A stretch of 64,000 nucleotides of DNA, taken from NCBI RefSeq assembly GCF_044704955.1, contig NC_091995.1, forward strand, positions 5,084,001-5,148,000, given 5' to 3'. The translations under genes and the position numbers were made by a program. Numbering within the stretch: position 1 is the first letter of the stretch; each line of letters opens with the position of its first letter. Shown piece by piece: positions 50,267 through 63,385 of the stretch. Origin of the DNA: Pristiophorus japonicus (lineage: Eukaryota). The notes under the pieces are model-generated. The model ran no database searches and was not told the origin of the DNA. It saw only the letters and a list, made by a program, of their open reading frames with translations.

Positions 50267-53200
50267 TTAGTGACCTTTAACCCCACAGATTGTCAGGGGG
50301 GCGGAGTTTTTCCCGCCATTCCGTCCCGGACTGAAGAGGGGAAAGATTCTCTCAGTGAAAGTCTGGGTGAAAGTGTGGAGATGGGACATGTTGTCCGCAT
50401 TGTAAAATGACACCTGTCCGCCCTCATAGTCCAGGTACACCCCGATCTTCCGGGGCGTCACACTCGGGGTGAGGGAGGTCTGTGAGGGGGAGGTGCGGGC
50501 AACATAGTCACTTCCGCGATCCAGCCACACAATCCAGTATCCGGTCTCTGGGCTCGGGATGATTTCCCCTTTCCTCCCGGCAGACTTTCGGGTCACTCCG
50601 ATCTCCCACCGAGTCTTGTCCCCCACCTCCACCTCCCAGTAGTGTCTCCCTGATGTGAATCCCTCCGATCCCAGGACACAGGACCAGCGATCAAACCTCT
50701 CCGGGGTGTCAGGGAGCGGCTGCAGTCTGTCCCCGAGTCTCACACGGGTCCGACCCTCAGACAGGATGAGCCGGGGATGGGCTGTGTTCGGATCCAGAGT
50801 CAGAGAGGCTGGAGCTGGGGGAAAGTTAAAGTAACACAGTCAGTGATTTAGTTTCTTGCTGTGATTTATTCAAACACTTTCCTGTTTAAAGAGCCCACTC
50901 GGGCTCTGGGTTGTGATCCTGGAATCTGCTGCCGCTCCAGGGTTTACGCCCCGGGGGTCGATTTACGTCGATTTCGGGCCAGAATCAGCGCAGTCAGTGC
51001 CCAGAGATAAAGACCCGAAAACCACTGGAGACAGCGGGGGATGGAGAGAGAGAGGTGGTGGGGGGCGCGGAAGAGAGCGGGGAGGCGGGTGAGTGAGGTT
51101 TAAGCAACTGTTTCCAAAGGCCACAAGGAAAGTAGTGTTGTGAATAAAATATTTCACAGGTAAGACAAAGTCCAGTATAAGGAATGCGATGGAAATAAAC
51201 ACACTGCAATTACATCTGAAGGAGAAACTTACATTTCTAATGTTCCTGACAAATGCCTCAAAGCACTTCCCACAATGTATTACTTCCCATACCCTCCGCA
51301 TAAAGTATTTGGGAGTGATTTACGTCTCACAATCGCCCGGATTTACACCGTAAACGGAGCAGTAACGAGACAAAAACCACCCGCAGTGCTTCCCACCTGG
51401 TTCCCACCAAGGCCCGCCGGGAAATTATACCGCAGCCGCGAAATAGGAATCCAGCGCTCCCGCACTAAACATGGGGGAAGCCTCATTAGTTTATGCAAAC
51501 CGGATCCCATAATGTACATGTAACCCCAATGCAATCTTGGTCTTCCATTGGACGGTGCGTGAGCTGTGCAAGTCCCACCCAGTGGAACAGTCTGTAGAAT
51601 GGCCCAACCTGTGGTCCATAAAGGGACCGCTGGAACCCTCACAGGGAATGATGCAAGGAGTTAGCTCCGTCCGGTGTCCTGGACAATATTTATCCATCAA
51701 CCAACATCATGAAAACAGGTTATCTGGTCATTATCACGTTGCTCCCCCCGGATATATTTTCCCGCCATTCTCTGAGTTTGAGACTATCACTACTTTGTTC
51801 TAGACTCTGTGACTGTGTTAAACCTCTGGATGTTTATCTTCTCTCTGCGGTTTAGGATCTTGAATACTTCAGTAAGATCACCCCAAGCCCTCCCTTATCC
51901 AGTGCAAAGACTCCTGATTTCCAGACTAGACACAGACATCGGTGATCATTTAATCCAGGGTCTGGGAGCCGGTTTAGGCCCTTCTCATCTGGATTTAATG
52001 ATCATGAAAAGGAATATAGGAGATTTACCGGGGTTAATGGCGTCTATCATTTCTCTCCACGCTGTGTACTGTAAAGGGCCGTTGAACTTTCCGATAGACA
52101 GGGCGCCATCTGCTACTGACAGCACGGGATAGGCCTTACTGATCCTGTAAATATTACACAGTTAATGTTATAAATTGACCATAAACATTTCACCAAACGG
52201 TGCAGAGATTCTGTAAAGAGCATGTCCTACCTCCTCTTCTGACAAGCTTCCTCCTAAAATAAATAAAACACAAACAGTGAGGACAGTAAAAGACTTCAGG
52301 AGGACACAGACAGGCTGGTGAAATGAGCAGACACAGGGCAGGTACAATTTAACACAGAGAAGTGTGAAGTGAGGCATTTTGGAAGGAAGAATGAGGAGAG
52401 ACATTGTAAACTAAATGGTACAATTTTAAATGAGGTGCAGGAACAGAGAGACCTGGGGATCACATTCACAAATCTTGGAGAAGTGAGTAAGAATTTTTTG
52501 ACCAATGATTTGTGATGATCTGGAATGCACTGACTGACAGGGTGTAGGAAGCAGATTTAACAGTAATTGTCAAAAGTGAATTGGAAATAAACTTGAAAGG
52601 AAAAAAAAATGCAGGGCTGTGGGGAAAGAGCAGGGGGAGTGGGACTATTGGGATATCTCTCAAAGAGACAGCACAGTCACAGTGGGCCTTTTGTGGTGTA
52701 GATTCTATGGTTGTAAGTAGTTGAACATTCTGATTTGTGTGTCAGATACTGTAACTCAATATTCATACATCCTCCAGGAACGACATTAAAGATGGTGGAG
52801 ATAGAAACAGATTTGGGCATTCTAGTGCATACATCCTTAAAGGTACATGAGCAGTGCCATGCAGGAATACTTAGAGAAAATGTGGTATTGGAGTGTATCC
52901 ATAGGACAATTGAGTATAAGACGAGGCATACTGTTTTGTCCTTGTACAAGACCTTAGTCAGGCCGTACTTGTAATACTATGTCCAGTTTTGGTCTCCTTA
53001 CATGGTGGTTAATATTGAGGCTCTGGACTGGGTGCCGAAGTGGGTTACTGGACTAATTCCAAATCTAAGTTACCTTAGTTATCAAGATAGGTTAAATGAG
53101 TTGGGACTCTTTACCTTGGAGCAGTATAGACTTAAGGGGGATATGATTGAGGTTTATGATAATGAATGGAATCGACAGTGTTCCAGCTGACCGTTTATTT

Positions 53201-54882
53201 CAATGGGCTCGGCAGGACCAGGGGGACAAAGTTAAGTTCTATAAGGCTAGATCTAGGTTAGATGTCAGGAGGTGGTTCTTTACACACAGAATAGTAGACC
53301 TCTGAAACAAGCTGCCCTCTCATGTGGTGGATGCAGACTCACTGAATTCCTTCGAGCAAACGCTGGATTTGTTTCTGGCTGCTGCGGAGATTAACTCGAA
53401 CAGAAGGTAGGTATTACAGGGAGTTTAATGGCCAGAGTGATGATCTGGACTAGTTTCGATTGCCTCGATGGGTCAGAGAGGAATTTCGCAGATTTTTCCC
53501 CCTAATTGGCCCGGGTTTTTTTAATCTGTTTTTGCCTCTCCCAGAAGATCACATGGTTTCGGGGAGGGTGGACTGGATATGTTGTGATACACAAGGTATC
53601 GGAACCTGGGACAGGCCCAGATGGTCTTTACCTGTCCGTCATTGTTCATATGTTCGTATCAGTGCCGCTCACAGACACAGTGACTGTCAAACCCACAGTG
53701 ACTGTCACACCCACAGTGCCACACACACCCACACACAACAACTTATTCCCGGGAGGTGGCAGGTATTCCCGGGAATGTGCGGACACAGTGGGAGCCGATT
53801 AGTTTAGTGACAACAACAGAACCGGCCGGGAATAGACAAAACAATCGGTTTAAATCAGTTTCGAATTTTTCAGCAAATGCTGCATTTATTTCAGTTGTCA
53901 TCGGTTATTTTGTGACTGTGTGAAGTTTCACTGAACTGACCCACAATATAATCCTCACCTTCAGAAATATCAGTCCGTCTTTTTGCTCCATCTGTTTCTG
54001 TAACTTTGAGAGCTCCTCCTGAATAGAATTTAAATTCTCTTGAATTTCTCGAAGGTTTTTCTCCATTTTTTCTACAATCTTCCCCTCTTGTTCCCTGAGA
54101 TCTCGGATTAAACGCTGCTCTTTCTCAGTGAGAATCTGGTGCATTTTAGTGAACTGGGATGTGATGCGGGTCTGCAGACTGCTCGACTGTTCCTACCAAA
54201 TGAAATGTGAAACATAATTAATGTACCGCGATAGAGGGAACAAAACTAACCGAGATCTCAGAAAATCAGCTCAGGGAGACCTTACCCTAACTCCGGAAAT
54301 CTGCTGTTTCTGTTTTAATTCCGTTTCTAGAGCCGCCGATTTCTTCTCTGTGAGAGAATCTAAGGAAGATTTCAGCCGATCCTGGGATTGGGAGAGAAAA
54401 TCACAGAATTAAAGTGTTAGACCATGAAAATGTGATAAAATAATCAGGTGATCCAATCTGTTCCCTTTTACCTTGTAGATTCCAACAGCTTCTTTAATGG
54501 GCATGAACTTATGCGATTTGTGTTCCCGCGCGACTGCACAAATCACACAGAGCAGTTTCTTGTCAGTTTCACAAAACAGCTTCAGTTCTTCGTGATGTTC
54601 CTCACAGTGAAGTTTACGTTCCTTCTCTTTCAGATTCAAGTTTAATATTCGCACTTTCTCAGCCAGTCTCGCTAAGGCCCGATTAGCCTTGAGGTTTCTT
54701 TTCGAAAACTCCGCTCTACATTCCGGGCAGGAGATTCTCCTCTTCTTTGCCCAGCACCGTGTGATACAGGAGCGGCAGAAGTTGTGCCCACACTCCAGTA
54801 TTACCGGATCGGTGAAGAAATCCAGACAAATGGGACAATTTAATTCCTCAGCAAAACTCTGGGCCCGCTGATTAGAAGCCAT
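50267..54882 (-). CDS. TRIM E3 ligase (RING, B-box, coiled coil, B30.2), TRIM39/TRIM69/A33-like, 475 aa; exons 54472-54882, 54286-54381, 53959-54192, 52231-52253, 52029-52144, 50267-50814
   Basis: [61 protein letters not shown]; all introns GT-AG; exon lengths sum to 1428 nt in frame. Confidence 0.92.
52800..53660 (+). mobile_element. Old CR1-like 3' fragment in TRIM intron 3
   Basis: [34 protein letters not shown]. Confidence 0.75.
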
Positions 54883-54914
54883 GATTGAGTTTCAGCACTT
54901 CCTGGTTCAATCCG

Positions 54915-54925
54915 CTTTCAGTTTC
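54915..54925 (-). promoter_or_regulatory. ISRE/IRF-binding motif upstream of the TRIM ATG
   Basis: GAAACTGAAAG (GAAAnnGAAA) 33-43 nt 5' of the start codon. Confidence 0.55.
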
Positions 54926-55849
54926 GATGTTGTTGCCTTGAATTCAGTTCAGCGATTTCCTGATGAATTCACTGCAATATTCGGGGAACTATTATTATAC
55001 ACTTGTGTATGTCCCGTCGACTTTTACACAGGGAGACAAAACCTAGAGCAGTTTGAAGGACTAACAGGGTTAGAGAGCCGAGGGGAATAATTGAGCCCTG
55101 TCCGGGAGGGTAACGGTCCCTGGGGTGTTGGCAGTGTGAGGAGGGAGAGAGAGGGAGGGAGGAGGCGGGGATGGGCGGGGATCCAGATTCCAGTGCACTT
55201 TGCTCCAGACCGAACTCACTGCCGACCACAAACCCTCTGGTGACACACGGTGTGAGATCGAGATTGATAAACTGAATTGTGTTAATGATTGCAGCCGCTC
55301 ATCCGAAAGCACAAAGTGCCCTGAATGTCAGGAAGTGATATCCGGTGACAGGTACACAGAAGACCCCAGGACGTCCCAAAGCGCTTTAAAGTGCTCGAAG
55401 TACTTTTGAAGAAATGTCGGCACTGTTGTATTTGAACACTGCAAGTGCTGCCCTCCCAGTCCCTGAGACACTGTCTGATCGCAAGTCTTTCAGTGTTACA
55501 CGGTGCACCGCTGCCACCTGCTGGCAGGATATCAGTGCTGCAGGAAAGATTTCCCCATTAAAATGGCCCGAGAAGTGGCGACTGTCTCTGAAGGTTCACA
55601 GGCACGATGGGCCGAATGGCCTCCTTCTGTGCTGTATCACACTCTGATTCTTATGTATTCTTATACTTGGATCTATCAAGTGTATTTCCAATTCGCTTTT
55701 GACAATTACTGTTAAATCTGCTTCCTCAACCCTGTCAGTCAGTGCATTCCAGATCATCACAAGCCATTGATAATAAAATCCCTACTCACTTCTCCAAGAT
55801 TTGTGAAAGTCTTTTACTGTCCTCACTGTTTGTGTTTTATTTATTTCAG

Positions 55850-58073
55850 GAGGAAGCTTGTCGGAAGAGGAAGTAGGACATGCACTTTACAGAATCTCTG
55901 CACAGTTTGGTGAAGTGTTTATGGTCAATTTATAACATTAACTGTGTAATATTTACAAGCTTAGTGAGGACTATCCCGTGCTGTCAGTAGCAGATGGCGC
56001 CCTGTCTATCGGAAAGTTCAACGGCCCTTTACAGTACACAACGTGGAGAGACATGATAGACGCCATTAACCCCGGTAAATCTCCTATATTCCTTTTCATG
56101 ATCATTAAATCCAGATGAGAGGGGCCTAAACCGGCTCCCAGACCCCGGATTAAATGATCACTGATGTCCGTGTCTAGTCTGGAAGTCAGGAGTCTTTGCA
56201 CTGGATAAGGGAGGGCTTGGGGTGATCTTACTGAAGTATTCAAGATCCTAAACCGCAGAGAGAAGATAAACATCCAGAGGTTTAACACAGTCACAGAGTC
56301 TACAACAAAGTAGCGACAGTCTCAAACTCAGAGAATGACAGGAAAATATATCCGGGGGGGGAGGAGGTAGGATGGTGGGGGTTGTGGGGCGAAGGGGCAA
56401 AGCCGAGGAGCAGCCAGCAGCGGGCAGGACAATTCATGCACCTCCCGGCCACAGAGAAGCTGTTACACAGAGAATAAATAGAAAGAACGTGTTTTTATAT
56501 CCGACCTTCACGACCTCAGGACGTCCCAAAGCTCTTTACAGACAATGAAGAGTTTTTAAAGTGTAGTCACTGTTGTAATGTAGGAAACGCCACAACCAGT
56601 TTATGCACAGCAAGCTCCCACAAGCAGCAACGTGATAATGACCAGATAACCTGTTTTCATGATGTTGGTTGATGGATAAATATTGTCCAGGACACCGGAC
56701 GGAACTAACTCCTTGCATCATTCCCTGTGAGGGTTCCAGCGGTCCCTTTAAGGACCACAGGTTGGGCCATTCTACAGACTGTTCCACTGGGTGGGACTTG
56801 CACAGCTCACGCACCGTCCAATGGAAGATCAAGATTGCACTGGGGTCCCATGTACATTCTGGGATCCGGTTTGCATAAACTAATGAGGCTTCCCCCATGT
56901 TTAGTGCGGGAGCGCTGGATTCCTATTTTGCGGATGCGGCATAATTTCCCGGCGTGCCTTGGTGGGAACCAGGTGGGAAGCACTGCGGGTGGTTTTTGTC
57001 TCGTTACTGCTCCGTTTACGGTGTAAATCCGGGCGATTGTGAGACGTAAATCACTCCCAAATACTTTTTGCGGAGTGTATGTGAAGTAATACATTGTGGG
57101 AAGTGCTTTGAGGCATTTGTCAGGAACATTAGAAATGTAAGTTTCTCCTTCAGATGTAATTGCAGTGTGTTTATTTCCATCGCATTCCTTATACTGGACT
57201 CTGTCTTACCTGTGAAATACTTTATTTACAACACTACTTTCCTTGTGGCCTTTGGAAACAGCTGCTTAAACCCCAGTCTCCCCCCCACCATCTCTCTCTG
57301 CCCACCCCCACCCTGCTGTCTCCAGTGGTTTCCGGGTCTTTATCTCTGGGCACTGACTGCGCTGAGTCGGGCCCGAAATCGACCCCCGGGACGTAAAGCC
57401 TGGAGCGGCAGCAGATTCCAGGATCACAACCCAGAGCCCGAGTGGGCTCTTTAAACAGGAAAGTGTTTGAATAAATCACAGCAAGAAACTAAATCACTGA
57501 CTGTGTTACTTTAACTTTCCCCCAGCTCCAGCCTCTCTGACTCTGGATCCGAACACAGCCCATCCCCGGCTCATCCTGTCTGAGGACCGGACCCGTGTGA
57601 GACTCGGAGACAGACTACAGCCGCTCCCTGACACCCCGGAGAGGTTTGATCGCTGGTCCTGTGTCCTGGGATCGGAGGGATACACATCAGGGAGACACTA
57701 CTGGGAGGTGAAGGTGGGGGACAAGACTGAGTGGCGTCTGGGAGTGACCCGAGAGTCTGCCGGGAGGAGAGGGATATTCACCCCGAGCCCAGAGACCGTA
57801 TACTGGATTGTGGGGCTGTATCGCGGAAGTGACTATTTTGCCCGCACCTCCCCCTCACAGACCCCCCTCACCCCGAGTGTGAAGCCCCGGAAGATCGGGG
57901 TGTACCTGGACTATGAGGGCGGACAGGTGTCATTTTACAATGCGGACAACATGTCCCATCTCCACACTTTCACCCACACTTTCACTGAGAGAATCTTTCC
58001 CTTCTTCAATCCGGGACAGAATGACGGGAAAAACTCCGCCCCGCTGACAATCTGCGGGGTTAAAGGTCACTAA
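55850..58073 (+). pseudogene. Headless TRIM copy: exons 4 (55850-55872), 5 (55959-56074), 6/B30.2 (57526-58073)
   Basis: Open B30.2 exon; exon 5 acceptor AG>AA; no exons 1-3 upstream on this strand. Confidence 0.88.
56490..56850 (-). mobile_element. Deu-domain SINE in TRIM intron 5 (partly deleted mirror copy at ~51520-51740)
   Basis: Reverse complement of the 7040-7300 type body and tail. Confidence 0.6.
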
Positions 58074-58639
58074 CAGGCCCATCCCATAATTTCACCCTGT
58101 CTCCTGCAAACTGATGGGCATCAGTCTGTCACAGCGGGGGGCGGGGAGAGAGAGAGCAGCGGGGAGGGGGGAGAAGAAACAAATGGATGGTGAATTGTGG
58201 AGGGGAACTCACTGGGTGGAATGAGCTGTGAACTGCAGGAACCCGGTGACCTTCCTGCCTGTAATGTTGCTCCACAGGCAGAAGGTGGCGCTACATGGCG
58301 GTGTTTGAGATCAATCAGCAACACCTCTGCTGCCAAGCCTGTTATTAAACTGCACAATAGAAGCGGCGTTTATTTGTTTTAAGCGGTTTGGGGAATAATT
58401 ACGTCCCAGAATCATGGACTAAACGTTTTTTTTTATTTGCACCTTGCTCTGGATCCTTATTTGACCCATCCCTGGAATTTAGAAGTTACAGACGTGATTT
58501 GATCGAAGTTTTCAAGAGATTAAGGGGAACTGAGAGCAAGTATTTCCGCTGCTTGGGGAGTCTAGCACTCGGGACATGATCTAAAAATTATAGCCAGGCC
58601 TTTCAGGAGTGAAGTTAGAAAATACTTCGACACACAAAG

Positions 58640-61600
58640 TGTCATGCATTCAACCAGCATTGTAACCCATGTATAAACTGACCAAAGTTGTACACCGTGA
58701 GAACACTGACCACTAGGTGGGAGACACTCCTAACCTGGACCTTCAGGTATAAAAGGGGAAGCTCCACCCACCTTCATCACTTGAGTGCTAAGGAATAAAG
58801 GACAGGTCACAGACTGAGCTTCTCTCAAGCATGGACCTCGTGTGTATTTATACTGTGTAGTAAGGACGTATCAATGGCGACAAGAAACTGGGATTTAAAC
58901 CGCGCGAGCATGGCCACTAGCAGAACAGACGAGAGGTACTGTGTTAAGGAATGGTTGGGACCGAGATTCAACATTGTTAAAGCAGCACACAGTTCTCCAG
59001 GCAGACAAGGACAGTCAGGCATGCCCCAACATGTAGTTGAACCCAGAGGGGGAGTTCGACAGAGACAATGGCAAGCTGAACAGCGATTTACGCCATTGCA
59101 AGTGACAATGGGGCCATCAACACCTGTTAATGGTGCAATAACAGGGGCAGTCAGGGACGATCGACTGGCAAGGGACCTTTTGTTTCAAACCGCAACTCAT
59201 GCTGGAGGCGTGGAGGCACACACTCAGCCGGATTTTGCAGAGATGAGCAAAATACCTGCAGAAATTGCAGAAATGGACACTGGGGGAAATCGCTGGAAGC
59301 TGAAGTTCAGCGAGTTCATGTGGAGCACGTATACAGTTCATACACCAGGACGCCACCGATAATGATGAAAGTGCTCCTCAATTGCATCCCAGTATCAATG
59401 GAGTTAGACATGGGTGCCAGTCAGTCCCTGATGGGTATCAGACAGTTCGAAAAGTTGTGGGCATCCAAGGCCAGGAGGCCAAAATTATCGCCGATTGACG
59501 CACAGCTACGGACTTACACAAAGCAGATCATTCCGGTGCTAGGCAGCGCCACGATAGTCGTGACCCACAAAGATTTGGAGAACAGGTTGCCACTCTGGAT
59601 TGTCCCAGGGGACGGCCCCGCACTACTGGGGAGGAGTTGGCTTGCTGTCATGAACTGGAAATGGGGCGATGTCAATGCAATTTCCTCTGTGGAGTGAGTA
59701 TCATGCTCACAGGTCCTGGACAAATTTGACTCATTATTTCAACCCAGCATTGGCACTTTCATGGGGGCCAAGGTAGTGATTTACATAAACCCGGACGCCA
59801 GACCAGTACACCACAAGGCCAGAGCGGTGCCGTACGTGATGCGGGAAAAGATAGAAGGCGAATTGGACCGCCTGCTGAGGGAAGGCATCATCTCGCCAGT
59901 CGAATTCAGTGATTGGGCGAGCCCGATTGTGCCGGTGCTCAAGGCGGATGGGTCGGTCAGGATATGTGGCGATTACAAGGCCACCATCAATCGGGTGTCA
60001 GTCCAAGACCAGTACCCGCTACCGAGAGTGGAGGACCTCTTTGCAACGCTAACCGGTGGCAAACTTTTTTCAAAATTGGACCTGACCTCAGCTTACATGA
60101 CCCAGGAGCTGGTGAGTGAGTCGAAGAAGCTGACCACCATCATGACACACAAGGGGTTGTTTGAGTACAACAGATGTCCGTTCGGGATTCACTCGGCCGC
60201 CGCGATCTTCCAACGAAATATGGAAAGCCTCCTCAAGTTGATTCCAGAGACGGTGGTTTTTCAGGACCACATCCTCATCACGGGTTACGATACTGAAGAA
60301 CACCTCTACAACCTGGAGGAGGTGCTACGCAGACTGGACCAGGTAGGGCTGCGACTGAAAAAGGCGAAGTGTGTCTTCCTAGCTCCAGAGGTACAATTCC
60401 TGGGGATGAGGGTAGCAGCAGACGGGATCAGCCCTCCTGCGTCCAAGACGGAAGCGATCCAGAGAGCACCCAGACCCCGTAACACGACGGAGCTGCGTTC
60501 ATTCCTAGGGCTCCTGAACTATTTTGGTAACTTTCTTCCCAAATTGAGCACCCTGCTAGAGCCGCTACAGGTGCTCCTACGCAGAGGTCGCGAATGGGTC
60601 TGGGGGGACAGCCAGGAAAGGGCTTTTAATAGAGCACGCAATTTGTTATGTTCCAACAATCTGTTAACGCTATATGACCCATGTAAGAAACTTGTGTTAA
60701 TGTGCGATGCGTCATCCTATGGTGTCGGGTATGTGTTGCAGCATGTCAATGCCAAGGGTCAGTTACAGCCAGTAGCTTATGCCTCCAGAAGTCTGCCCCA
60801 GGCAGAAAGGGGCTACGGGATGGTAGAAAAGGAGGTGCTCGCATGTGTACATGCGGTAAAGAAAATGCACCAGTACCTGCTGGCAGGAAATTTGAGTTGG
60901 AGACAGATCACAAACCCCGAACATCCCTTTTGGCCGACAACAAGGCCATAAATGCAAACGCATCGGCCCGCATACAGAGGTGGGCACTTACGTTAGCCGC
61001 CTATGACTACACAATTCAGCACAGACTGGGCACCGAAAACTGCGCCGATGCACTCAGCAGGCTCCCACTAGCCACCACTAAGGGGGCTACCAAGCATGCT
61101 GCTGAGATGATCATGGCTGTTGAAGCTTTCGGAAGCGAAGGCTCACCCGTGACAGCCCGTCAGATTGAAGTCTGGACAAATAGAGACCGGCTATTGTCTC
61201 TGGTCAAGAAATGTGTCCTGAATGGGGACTGGACAGCCACGTACAGGGCATGCCCTGAGAAATTTAAACCATTTCACAGGCGCAAGGATGAACTCTCGAT
61301 TCAGGCCGATTGCCTACTGTGGGGAAACCGCGTAGTCATGCCCCAGATGGGCAGAGAGGTGTTCATCAGAGAACTCCACAATGAGCATCCGGGCATTGTC
61401 ACGATGAAGGCAATTGCCAGGTCACACGTTTGGTGGCCAGGGAAAGACGCAGATCTGGAACTTTGTGTTTGTGGGTGCAATACATGTGCCCAGCTGGGCA
61501 ATGCACCCAGGGAAGCCCCCCTTAGCCTTGGTCACGCATCCATGTGGACTACGCAGGTCCTTTCATGGGGAAAATGTTTTTGGTTGTAGTAGACGCCTAC

Positions 61601-62726
61601 TCCAAATGGATCGAGTATGACATTTTAAATTCAAGCACATCTTCTGCCATGGTAGAAAGTCTACGGGCAATGTTCGCCGCCTACGGTCTACCGGACATCT
61701 TGGTCAGCGACAATGGCCCATGCTTCACAAGCACTGAATTCCAGGACTTCATGGCAGGCAATGGAATTAACCATGTTAGAACGGCACCATTCAAGCCGGC
61801 CTCAAACAGCCAGGCAGAACGAGCAGTGCAGATAATCAAACAGGGGATGCTCAGAATCCAAGGGGGTTCCCTACAAAGGTGCTTATCACGCCTCCTGTTG
61901 GCCTATAGATCCTGACCACACTCGCTCACAGGGGTTCCACCCGCAGAGCTACTAATGAAAAGGACGCTCAAAACCCGGTTATCCCTTATACACCCCATCA
62001 TGAAAGAAATTGTCAAGAGCAGGCGCCAGTCACAATATCACTACCATGACAGGAATGCGAGGGCGCGATGTATTGATGTAAATGATCCTGTTTTTGTCCT
62101 CAACTACGCTGCAGGGCCCAAATGGCTCGCAGGCACTGTGATTGCCAAAGAGAGAAATAGGATTCTGGTAGTTAAGCTTACCAATGGACAAATCTGCTGC
62201 AAACATGTGGATCAAACAAAAAGGAGGTTCAGCAACCCCATAGAAGAAGCAGAGGAAGAACACGATGTAGAGTTCACTCCACCACAGATGACCGAACACA
62301 GGAACCAAAGGGACGAGAGCCGAGTCACTGTGGGCAGTCCGGACAGGCCTGGCACCGCAAACAGCAGACACTCAGGCCAGCGCCAACAACCGGAGCCCCA
62401 ACTCAGGCGCTCTACAAGGGAGCGTAAACCACCAGAGAGACTCAACCTGTGATCCCAATAAGACTTTGCGGAGGAGGTGATATCATGTATTCAACCAGCA
62501 TTGTAACCCATGTATAAACTGACCTAAGTTGTACACTGTGAGAACATTGAACACTAGGTGGTGAACTTGTGGGAGACACTCCTAACCTAGACCTTCAGAT
62601 ATAAAAGGGGAAGCTCCACCCACTTCCTGCACTTGAGTGCTAAGGAATAAAGGACAGATCACAGACTGACATTCTCTCAAGTATGGGCCTCGTGTGCATT
62701 TATACTGTATAGCAAGGGACTTATCA
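58640..62726 (+). mobile_element. Gypsy/Ty3 LTR retrotransposon (Mag-like), degenerate; LTRs 58640-58873 and 62481-62726
   Basis: PBS-like TGGCGAC, PR ELDMGAS, RT WASPIV..RICGDY..FQDH, RH CDASSYG, IN H..H..C..C and SDNGP, PPT GGAGGAGG; gag internally deleted. Confidence 0.93.
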
Positions 62727-63385
62727 AGGAAGAACTGAAGCTGTTTTGTGAAACTGACAAGAAACTGATCTGTGTGATCTGTAGAGATGCGCGGGAACAC
62801 AGAGAGCATCGCGTCATGCCCATTAAAGAAGCTGTTGTATTTTACATGGTAAAAGGGAACAGATTGGATCACCTGATTACTTTATCACATTTTCATGGTC
62901 TAACAATTTAATTCTATGATTTTCTCTCCCAATCCCAGGAGCGGCTGAAATCTTCCTTAGATTCTCTCACAGAGAAGAAATCGGCGGCTCTAGAGACGGA
63001 ATTAAAACAGAAACAGCAGATTTCCGGAGTTAGGGGAAGGTCTCCCTGAGCTGATTTTCTGGGATCTCGGTTAGTTTTGTTCCTTCTATCGCGGTACATT
63101 AATTATGTTTCACATTTCATTTGGTAGGAACAGTCGAGCAGTCTGCAGACCCGCATCACATCCCAGTTCACTAAAATGCACCAGATTCTCACTGAGAAAG
63201 AGCAGCGTTTAATCCGAGATCTCAGAGAACAAGAGGGGAAGAACATAAGAATATAAGAGCATAAGATTGTAGAAAGAATGGAGAAAAACCTTTGGGAAAT
63301 TCAAGAGAATTCAAATTCTATTCAGGAGGAGCTCTCAAAGTTGCAGAAACAGATGGAACAAAAAGACGGACTGATATTTCTGAAG
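62727..63385 (+). pseudogene. TRIM pseudogene: B-box remnant (62727-62848), exon 2 (62939-63034), exon 3 (63128-63385)
   Basis: [24 protein letters not shown]; RING lost at the LTR junction; donor GT>GG; 24-bp insertion containing TAA. Confidence 0.9.

Larger units (their letters stand above)
49120..52595 (-). repeat. Left arm of inverted segmental duplication (partner 55677-58639)
   Basis: Mirror-image ORF translations (e.g. 51809-52132 vs 55971-56294; 49377-49562 vs 58197-58382). Confidence 0.93.

Noticed and set aside
51275-52132. ORFs conserved between the inverted arms (e.g. MTVLNLWMF..)
   Set aside because: Intronic or antisense frames shared only because of the recent duplication
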